A stretch of 64,000 nucleotides of DNA from Nitrospirota bacterium (GTDB lineage: Bacteria; Nitrospirota; UBA9217), in the NCBI GenBank assembly GCA_029858565.1, contig JAOUEV010000002.1:102428-166427 (forward strand), written 5' to 3'. The position numbers and the translations under genes are program-made. The notes beneath the pieces are model-generated. The model was given only the letters and a program-made list of their open reading frames with translations. It searched no databases and was not told the DNA's origin. How positions within the stretch are numbered: the first letter of the stretch is position 1; every line of letters begins with the position of its first letter. Below are positions 57,339 to 64,000 of this stretch, in pieces.

Positions 57339-58313
57339 ATGCGAAAAGAAATATCAAAGGATATATTGCAAAAGCTCTTCACCACCATGCTTACCATCCG
57401 CACGGTGGAGGAGCGGGTGGCCGAGCTCTATTCCGAACAGGAAATGAAATGTCCGGTCCACCTCTGCACAGGGCAGGAAGCGATCGCCGCGGGTGTCTGT
57501 TCCCATCTTGCGAAGGATGATACGATCTTCAGCACCCACCGGTCCCATGGACACTGCATCGCTAAAGGGATGGACCTGAAACCGCTCGTGGCCGAGCTCT
57601 ACGGCAGGACAACGGGCTGCGCACGGGGCAAGGGCGGTTCCATGCACCTGGTCGCCCCGGAGCTTGGCATCCCCGGCACCACGGCAATCGTGGGCGGATG
57701 CATTCCCCTTGCTGTTGGAGCGGCATTGTCCTCAGTGCTTCAGGGAAAGAGGGGGCAGGTGTCAGTGGCGTTCTTCGGCGACGGTGCTGTTGACGAAGGG
57801 ACCTTCTACGAAAGCATGAACTTCGCGTCCCTCAAGGGCCTGCCCGTGGTCTTTGTGTGCGAGAACAATAATTACGCCACCAACTCTCCCCAGTCAGCGC
57901 GCCAACCGGCAGTGCCGATCGTTGACCGGGCGCCGGCGTACGGCATTCCCGGTGTTGCTGCAGACGGGAACGATGTCCTGGCTGTCCATCGCGCGGCAGG
58001 AGAGGCCATTGAACGGGCGCGGAACGGAGCCGGTCCAACTCTTCTGGAATTCCGGACCTATCGCTGGAAAGGCCATGTGGGGCCGACGTCGGACATCGAA
58101 TCCGGATGCCGGCCCGCTGATGAACATGAGGAATGGCTCAGAAGATGCCCCCTTGACCGGTTCAAAGCCTATTTGCGGGAGAAGGACCTCCTGTCCCAGC
58201 ATGATATGAACCACGTTACTGTCGAAGTGGAGCGGTTGGTGAACGATGCGATCGAGTTCGGGAAGAAGGGACCATTCCCCGACGCGGCGGAGCTGTACGA
58301 TCACGTGTGGTAA
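57339..58313 (+). CDS. TPP-dependent 2-oxoacid dehydrogenase E1 component, alpha subunit
   Basis: E1_dh family motifs: TPP-binding GDGA..EG (FFGDGAVDEGTFYESMNFA) followed by CENNNYA. Also HLCTGQEA and GKGGSMH. 324 aa. Confidence 0.85.
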   Translation: MRKEISKDILQKLFTTMLTIRTVEERVAELYSEQEMKCPVHLCTGQEAIAAGVCSHLAKDDTIFSTHRSHGHCIAKGMDLKPLVAELYGRTTGCARGKGGSMHLVAPELGIPGTTAIVGGCIPLAVGAALSSVLQGKRGQVSVAFFGDGAVDEGTFYESMNFASLKGLPVVFVCENNNYATNSPQSARQPAVPIVDRAPAYGIPGVAADGNDVLAVHRAAGEAIERARNGAGPTLLEFRTYRWKGHVGPTSDIESGCRPADEHEEWLRRCPLDRFKAYLREKDLLSQHDMNHVTVEVERLVNDAIEFGKKGPFPDAAELYDHVW

Positions 58314-58321
58314 CAAAAACT

Positions 58322-59371
58322 ATGCCCTGGACAAAAATACAAGCAGATGAGGCCGGCCGGCCGGGGATCTTCGGAGCTTCCGCGGGAACAGCCCGGGAAC
58401 TGTCTTATCGCGACGCGATCAAGGAGGCGCTTGCACAGGCCCTGGAGCGCGACAAGCGCGTGTTCCTGATCGGCGAAGGCATTGACGATCCCGGCGGCGT
58501 GTTCGGCACCACGGTCGGCCTGAAGGAAAAATTCGGCAGGGACCGTGTCATGGACATGCCGATCGCTGAGAACGGCCTGACCGGCGTGGTGAACGGGGCC
58601 GCCATGACGGGCATGCATCCCGTGATGATCCATATGCGGGTCGATTTCCTGCCCATGGCCATGGACCAGATGGTGAACCACGCGGCAAAGTGGAGCTACA
58701 TGACCGCGGGCCGGGTGAAGGTGCCGGTCACGTTTCGGGCCATCGTGGGCAGGGGCTGGGGTTCCGCTGCTCAGCATTCCCAGAGCCTCCAGTCGCTCTT
58801 TGCGCATATTCCGGGGATCCAGGTGCTGATGCCAGCTTCTCCCTACGATGCCAAGGGCATGCTGCTTTCCTCGATCGCCGGCGACCGGCCAACGCTGATC
58901 ATCGAGCATCGTTGGCTCTACGACCAGACAGAGGCAGTGCCTGAAGACCCCTATTTTGTCCCGTCCGGAAAGGCGCTCGTGCGAAGACCGGGCAAAGACA
59001 TCACGATCGTTGCTACATCCTATATGGTCTACGAGGCCATGCGAGCCGCAGCGGAACTGGAAAAAGCGGATATAAGCGCCGAAGTGATCGATCTCCGGTC
59101 GATCCAGCCGCTTGACGGGAACGCGATCATTGATTCGGTGAAGAAGACCGGCAGACTCATAGCCGCGGACATGGGATGGAAGCTCTGCGGCGTTTCCGCA
59201 GAGGTCGCCGCGATCGCGGCTGAGCACGCACACGATAAGCTCAAGGCGCCGGTGCGGCGCATTACCCTGCCGGCGACGCCGACGCCTGCGAGCAATGTGC
59301 TCGAAAAGGCCTATTATCCGACGTTCGAGGATATTGTGAGAACGGCAAAGGAAATGATTGGCAACGTATGA
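58322..59371 (+). CDS. TPP-dependent 2-oxoacid dehydrogenase E1 component, beta subunit (transketolase-like)
   Basis: Start at Met6 of the listed ORF. Motifs LIGEGIDDPGGVFGTT, ENGLTGVVNGAAMTGMHP and the C-terminal transketolase-C-like domain. 349 aa. Confidence 0.85.
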   Translation: MPWTKIQADEAGRPGIFGASAGTARELSYRDAIKEALAQALERDKRVFLIGEGIDDPGGVFGTTVGLKEKFGRDRVMDMPIAENGLTGVVNGAAMTGMHPVMIHMRVDFLPMAMDQMVNHAAKWSYMTAGRVKVPVTFRAIVGRGWGSAAQHSQSLQSLFAHIPGIQVLMPASPYDAKGMLLSSIAGDRPTLIIEHRWLYDQTEAVPEDPYFVPSGKALVRRPGKDITIVATSYMVYEAMRAAAELEKADISAEVIDLRSIQPLDGNAIIDSVKKTGRLIAADMGWKLCGVSAEVAAIAAEHAHDKLKAPVRRITLPATPTPASNVLEKAYYPTFEDIVRTAKEMIGNV

Positions 59372-60132
59372 ATACTTACCAGATCACCGCTGTCATGCCC
59401 TCTCTGAACGAGGAAAAGAATTTATCTTCGGCGGTCCAGAACGTGCTCGATTCCTACCAGCGCCTCGGCATCAAGGGCGAGGTCCTGATCGTGAACGACG
59501 GCAGCACCGACGGGACCGGCAGGCTCGCCGAGGAGTTCAAGCACAAGGATCCCTCGATCCAGGTCATCCACCACGCTGCGCCGCAGGGCATCGGCGGATC
59601 CTTCTGGGACGGGGTCAAGGCTGCACGCGGCGAAGTGGTGGTCATGATACCCGGGGACGGGGAGAACGACGCAGCAGAGATCCTGCGCTATCTGCCGCTC
59701 ATGGAGCAGGTGGATATGGTAGTCCCGTATGTGTTCAATCGCCAGGTGCGGTCCTGGTTCCGCAGAAAGCTTTCGAACCTCTACCGGGGGATCATCAACA
59801 TCACCTTCGGAACCACGCTCAATTACATGAACGGCACTGTGCTGTACCGGAAATGCATTCTCGACGACATCGAGCTCAAGGCGCGCGGATTCTTCTATCA
59901 GACGGAACTTCTGATCAAGTGCATCCGCAGGGGATATCTCTATGCCGAGGTTCCTTATGCGCTGCTGCAGCGGGCCGCGGGAAGGTCGAAGGCCACGAGC
60001 CTGAGGTCACTTAAGAACGTGATGCAGGCCTATCTCACCCTGCTGCTGGAGATACATATTGCACGTCCAAGCCACACTGCTCCTGCTGTTGATTCGCGGA
60101 CCGCGGCCCGGTGGAAAGGCCTGCAAGCCTAG
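59368..60132 (+). CDS. GT2 polyprenyl-phosphate sugar synthase (Dpm1/Ppm1/GtrB-like)
   Basis: GT-A motifs AVMPSLNEEKNL, IVNDGSTDGT and the DxD-type PGDGEND. 254 aa. Start overlaps the E1-beta stop (ATGA). Confidence 0.8.
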   Translation: MNTYQITAVMPSLNEEKNLSSAVQNVLDSYQRLGIKGEVLIVNDGSTDGTGRLAEEFKHKDPSIQVIHHAAPQGIGGSFWDGVKAARGEVVVMIPGDGENDAAEILRYLPLMEQVDMVVPYVFNRQVRSWFRRKLSNLYRGIINITFGTTLNYMNGTVLYRKCILDDIELKARGFFYQTELLIKCIRRGYLYAEVPYALLQRAAGRSKATSLRSLKNVMQAYLTLLLEIHIARPSHTAPAVDSRTAARWKGLQA

Positions 60133-60144
60133 AACCGTGAGATT

Positions 60145-61263
60145 ATGAGCGATAGAACCACTGACAAGATCATCCTCGACGGCCACAAGATCGAATGGCA
60201 CCGGGACCGGGTAGAGGCCTGGCTCCGGGGCGAACGCATCGCGCCGATCACGATCGACTGTGCGCTAACCCGGGCCTGCACCTACCGGTGCGTCTATTGC
60301 TATGGCCAGCTCCAGGCGAACGACGAGAAACAAATGACCAGGGACGTCATCTTTCGGTTCCTCGACGACGCGGCCGAGATCGGCGTGAAGGCCGTCAGCT
60401 TTGTTTCGGACGGGGAGAGCACCTGTTCGCCCCATCTTTACGACGCCATCCTGCGGGGGAAGCACAACGGCCTGGATATGGCGCTCGGCACGAACGGTTA
60501 CCTCTTGAAGGACGAGCGGCTTGAAGAGATCCTTCCTGCCCTGACCTACCTCCGGTTCAATATCTCCGCGGCGGACCCTAAGCGGTACGCTGAGATCCAC
60601 GGTTGTACGGTCAAGGAATATGAAAAGGTCATCGGCACCATCAGGAAAGCCGTGGCGATCAAGAAGGCGAAGAACCTTGAGGTGACCCTCGGTCTCCAGA
60701 TGGTACTGCTGCCGCAGTTCCAGGACCAGATCATCCCGCTGGCGAGGCTCGGGAAAGACCTCGGTGTGGACTACCTGGTGATCAAACACTGCAGCGACGA
60801 TGAGCAGGGCAGCCTGGGCGTGGACTATTCCCGCTACGAGGTCATGGTGGACATCCTGAAGGAGGCTGAGGAACTGTCCTCGCCGGATTATCTCGTGCGC
60901 GCCAAATGGTCCAAGATCCTGTCCGGCGGGAAACGGTGCTATTCCCGATGCTATGGTCCGCCGTTCATCATGCAGTTCTCCGGTTCGGGACTTGTGGCGC
61001 CCTGCGGCATGCTGTTCAACAGCAAGTACAAGAAATACCATATCGGGAACATTGCTGAAAAGTCGTTCAAGGAGATCTGGAAGAGCGACCGGTATTGGGA
61101 AGTGATCGACCTGATCGCATCGGAGCAGTTCGATGCCCGGACCATGTGCGGTTCCCTTTGTCTCCAGCACAAGGTGAACGAGTACCTCTGGGAGCTGAAG
61201 CTCGGGAAGATCAAGCTTCGGACGCCGGGCGGCGCTCCGCCGATGCACGGGAATTTCATCTGA
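60145..61263 (+). CDS. radical SAM protein with C-terminal SPASM/twitch-like domain (paralogue of 56226)
   Basis: Cluster CTYRCVYC. C-terminal CYSRC...CGMLF...CGSLC cysteines. Tail NEYLWELKLGKIKLRTPGGAPPMHGNFI, colinear with the 56226 product. Confidence 0.7.
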   Translation: MSDRTTDKIILDGHKIEWHRDRVEAWLRGERIAPITIDCALTRACTYRCVYCYGQLQANDEKQMTRDVIFRFLDDAAEIGVKAVSFVSDGESTCSPHLYDAILRGKHNGLDMALGTNGYLLKDERLEEILPALTYLRFNISAADPKRYAEIHGCTVKEYEKVIGTIRKAVAIKKAKNLEVTLGLQMVLLPQFQDQIIPLARLGKDLGVDYLVIKHCSDDEQGSLGVDYSRYEVMVDILKEAEELSSPDYLVRAKWSKILSGGKRCYSRCYGPPFIMQFSGSGLVAPCGMLFNSKYKKYHIGNIAEKSFKEIWKSDRYWEVIDLIASEQFDARTMCGSLCLQHKVNEYLWELKLGKIKLRTPGGAPPMHGNFI

Positions 61264-61297
61264 GGGGGCCGGGGATGCTGCGCAAGGCGAAAGAGAC

Positions 61298-62629
61298 ATG
61301 AAACTCCTGCTGATCTGCCCGCCCTTCAGTGAACACAGCCAGAAGGACAAGGGAATGCCGATCGCTCCGCCGGTGCTCGAGTATCTGGCGGGGCTCACCC
61401 GGCGGCTGCGGCCGGACATCGAGATCGCGCTTCTCGATGCAAAGCATGAGCACTTCGACGCCGGGCTGATCGACGCGGACCTTGTCGGTATCTCGGTCAT
61501 GACGGCCCAGGCCACATGGGCCTACCGCGCCGCGGACGCGCTCCGGGAACGCGGTATCCGGGTGGTGCTGGGCGGCATCCATCCGACTGCCATGCCGGAG
61601 GAGGCATCGGCCCATGCCGATGCCCTGGTGCTGGGCGAGTGCGAGAATGTCTGGGCCGAGGTGCTGCGGGATGCGGAGCAGGGAAGGCTCGGACCCCGCT
61701 ACCAGGGAGGGCTGCCGGAGCTGAACGATCTCGCTCCGCCGGTCACGGACCGCTGGAACCAGCGGTACATGTTCGGCTATTTCCAGACTGCCCGCGGGTG
61801 CCCGCACCGCTGTAGTTTCTGCTCGGTCCACAAGTTCTTCGGAAACCGGATCAGGCTGCGCCCGATCGGCGAGGTGATCCGCGAGGTCGCCGCGAACGAA
61901 CGGCGGCTCTTCTGGTGCATCGACGACAATGTCTGGGGCGTGAACCCGAAGCGCTCGATCGAGCTGTTCCGGGAGATGAGCACCACGGTACGCGGGAAGT
62001 GGTGGTTCGGGTCCGGTGACCTCCGGACGGTGCAGCAGCCCGAGGGGGACCAACTGCTCAAGTACGCGCGGCGGGCCGGGCTCACGGCAGTGATGCTCGG
62101 CTGGGAGACCGAGAACATCGCCAGTCTCGAGGAATACCGCGCAATGACCAAGCAGGGGAGCGACCGGCGGGACGCGCTCAGAAGGATCCGCGACCACGGC
62201 ATCGATGTGATGCTCTTCATCGTCGTCGGCGGCAGGAATGACACGAAAAGGGATTTCGATGACATCCTGAAGCTCTGCGATGACCTGCAGGTCTCGGCCC
62301 ATCCGGTGATGTTGACCCCGCTGCCCGACACGGAGCTGTTCAGGCAGTATGAGCCCTACCTCTACCCGGAGATGGACTGGGACCTCTACGACGGGAACCA
62401 TGCGGTGTTCGATCATCCCACCATGGACCCGCTGGAGCGGGAAGCCGAGTTCATCAAGCTTCGAACGGCGATCTTCACCCCCGGGCGCATCCTGTCGCGC
62501 ATCCGGAAGGTCTCGTGGAAAGGATTTCCCATGAGCCATTTCTCGTCGTTCATGCTCCAGTATCCGCAGGGCAGGGCGTTCAAGGACTATGCACGGACGT
62601 GGATGCAGAAGCATCCGGAGTACTCGTAA
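61298..62629 (+). CDS. B12-binding (class B) radical SAM enzyme
   Basis: N-terminal B12-like domain (MKLLLICPPF...DLVGISVMT). Cluster ARGCPHRCSFCSV. 443 aa. Confidence 0.85.
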   Translation: MKLLLICPPFSEHSQKDKGMPIAPPVLEYLAGLTRRLRPDIEIALLDAKHEHFDAGLIDADLVGISVMTAQATWAYRAADALRERGIRVVLGGIHPTAMPEEASAHADALVLGECENVWAEVLRDAEQGRLGPRYQGGLPELNDLAPPVTDRWNQRYMFGYFQTARGCPHRCSFCSVHKFFGNRIRLRPIGEVIREVAANERRLFWCIDDNVWGVNPKRSIELFREMSTTVRGKWWFGSGDLRTVQQPEGDQLLKYARRAGLTAVMLGWETENIASLEEYRAMTKQGSDRRDALRRIRDHGIDVMLFIVVGGRNDTKRDFDDILKLCDDLQVSAHPVMLTPLPDTELFRQYEPYLYPEMDWDLYDGNHAVFDHPTMDPLEREAEFIKLRTAIFTPGRILSRIRKVSWKGFPMSHFSSFMLQYPQGRAFKDYARTWMQKHPEYS

Positions 62630-62646
62630 GGAAGGGGAGCTGTTCA

Positions 62647-64000
62647 TTGAAGACGGATCGAATCCTCCGGCGCGTCAAGGAAACGAGCGGTTGGAGCCGC
62701 GCCGCGGTCGTCCTGATCGTCCTGCTTGCGCTGTTCCTCTCGGTGCGGGCGGCCGATGAGTATCACTGGAGCGACTGGGGCTTCGGCGACGCCCAGAGCC
62801 TGCTCTCGCTCCGGCAGTGGGAGGAGGGGGGCTGGTTCAAGAACTACTTCCTCTTCAAACCCCAGGGATACGCCGAGGTCATCGACCTGCTCGATGAGCC
62901 GGAGCTGCGGCATCATGCCCACGGCACCTGTCCGGGCAGTTCGCCGAACGTCGGCCCCCGATTGTGGTACACGCACTACCCGGCGGGCTATCTGATACCC
63001 TATGCGCTGCTGTTCAGGCTGGGCCTGGACAGCATGTTCGCGGTGCGCCTGCTTTCGATCGCGTTCTCGGCCGGCGGGCTTGCGCTGATGTTCGTTCTCT
63101 TCTCCCGGATCACGAATCCGGCGATCTCCTTCCTGTCGGTGCTGTTCTATGGGCTGTCGTCGGCCTTCCTGGGATATGCCGACAGCCTCGCGAACCAGCC
63201 GGTCGACGATCTGCTCCGTTTCGGCTTCATGCTGGCGGTCGTCCTGTCGACACGGACGGCCACGGAAACGCTTCGGCAACGATGGCTCGTCGCGGCCTGG
63301 ATCATGGAGTTCTGCCTTTCCCTGGTCTCCTTTGATTCGGTCTTCTTCCTCTACGTCTGGCTCATCGGCTGGGACTGGATCGACGGGAAAGGGTTCCGGT
63401 GGAAACGCTATCTCCTCTTTTCCCTGGCGCCTGTTTCCGCCCATGGCCTTCAGTTCCTGCAGAACGTATGGTATCTCGGGTTCAAGGATGCCGTGCTGGA
63501 TATCAAGGACGCGTTCCTGCTGAAGCACGGTTCGGTCACTGGTTACAACCAGGGCCAGGGGCGGCTGGCGGTCATCTTCACGTCCCTCTGGATCGTCCTC
63601 GAAAATATCTATCGTCCGCTGTGGCTCATCGCCCCGGTCCTTGCTCTCTATGCGGCATTCATCCTCTATTTCCGGCCGGGCAGCGAATTCCCGTCGCTGA
63701 GACTGCTGCTGGTCCTGTTCCTTTCAGGTCTTGCATTCATCTTCGTGCTTCCCCACGCCGCGCGCATGCCCTACGAGGCGCGCCAGATGCTGCCCTTCAG
63801 CTCGATGCTCATGGGTGGATTGACCTGGTCCTGCTTCCTGGTGGTCCTGAAGGCGGTCCGGCATGACGACTCCGGCGAGGGGCGCGCTGCCGCGTTCAAC
63901 GTGCGCGTTGCCGCGCCCTACCTGCTGCTCTCCATGGTAGTGCTGCTGGTCGTGTGGTTCCGCCATGCGACCGTCGACCGTGCATCGGTGTATGAGCTGG
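62647..64000 (+). CDS. GT-C glycosyltransferase, PMT/ArnT-like (GT39/GT83 family), 5' partial - runs off window end
   Basis: Translated by hand from a TTG at 62647 with an RBS-like aggggag upstream; no stop before 64000, so absent from the ORF track. Contains DEYHW (DE loop motif) and WYTHYPAGYLIPYALLFRLGLDSMFAVRLLSIAFSAGGLALMF, resembling the HPPL...LFG...R...FG block of the other two GT39 copies. Polytopic. Confidence 0.5.
   Translation, partial: MKTDRILRRVKETSGWSRAAVVLIVLLALFLSVRAADEYHWSDWGFGDAQSLLSLRQWEEGGWFKNYFLFKPQGYAEVIDLLDEPELRHHAHGTCPGSSPNVGPRLWYTHYPAGYLIPYALLFRLGLDSMFAVRLLSIAFSAGGLALMFVLFSRITNPAISFLSVLFYGLSSAFLGYADSLANQPVDDLLRFGFMLAVVLSTRTATETLRQRWLVAAWIMEFCLSLVSFDSVFFLYVWLIGWDWIDGKGFRWKRYLLFSLAPVSAHGLQFLQNVWYLGFKDAVLDIKDAFLLKHGSVTGYNQGQGRLAVIFTSLWIVLENIYRPLWLIAPVLALYAAFILYFRPGSEFPSLRLLLVLFLSGLAFIFVLPHAARMPYEARQMLPFSSMLMGGLTWSCFLVVLKAVRHDDSGEGRAAAFNVRVAAPYLLLSMVVLLVVWFRHATVDRASVYEL

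Noticed and set aside
62644-63528. 294-aa minus-strand ORF listed in the track at the right edge
   Set aside because: Hand translation of the plus strand from a TTG at 62647 gives a convincing polytopic PMT/ArnT-like protein with DE and HPPL-type motifs that runs off the window. The minus ORF is Arg/Glu/Gln-rich without motifs, so it is an antisense artefact.

Overview
This is a high-GC bacterial chromosomal segment (GC roughly 60% by eye) with dense, mostly overlapping genes and no obvious mobile elements, tRNAs, rRNAs or CRISPR arrays. The left ~13.8 kb is a mixed neighbourhood. It holds alanine dehydrogenase, a LysM protein with a lipoprotein, a degraded sensor-GGDEF pseudogene, an orphan NtrY-type histidine kinase preceded by a 17-bp x5 tandem repeat, a rhodanese, an Ogg2-type DNA glycosylase, and a MacB-like ABC transporter (two FtsX permeases plus an ATPase). 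That transporter is followed by an FTR1-like/DUF2318-like membrane protein and a ResB-like membrane protein. A ~366-bp AT-rich island then precedes a four-gene operon (14.2-24.5 kb) ending in a clean terminator: a tetraheme cytochrome, a secreted NHL/FG-GAP double beta-propeller protein, a ~1290-aa cytochrome with ~31 heme motifs built from near-identical ~330-bp tandem DNA repeats (Geobacter-type CX4CH...CXXCH modules), and a ~850-aa cytochrome with ~15 heme motifs. The right ~39 kb is an unusually dense periplasmic GT-C glycosylation locus. It contains three PMT-like GT39 genes, two of them paired with a recurring uncharacterised partner protein, and three TMTC-like DUF1736+TPR proteins. It also contains a GT2 polyprenyl-phosphate sugar synthase, a GT9, five B12-binding and two SPASM radical-SAM enzymes, a TPP-dependent E1 alpha/beta pair, SGNH hydrolases and an FAD oxidoreductase, with a system-II cytochrome c maturation pair (ResB/CcsA) embedded in it. 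I cannot tell from sequence alone which of these is the intended undescribed system. The candidates are the porin-less multiheme cytochrome operon and the PMT/TMTC glycosylation machinery that may decorate it. All calls are based on motif recognition by eye; no database searches were run.
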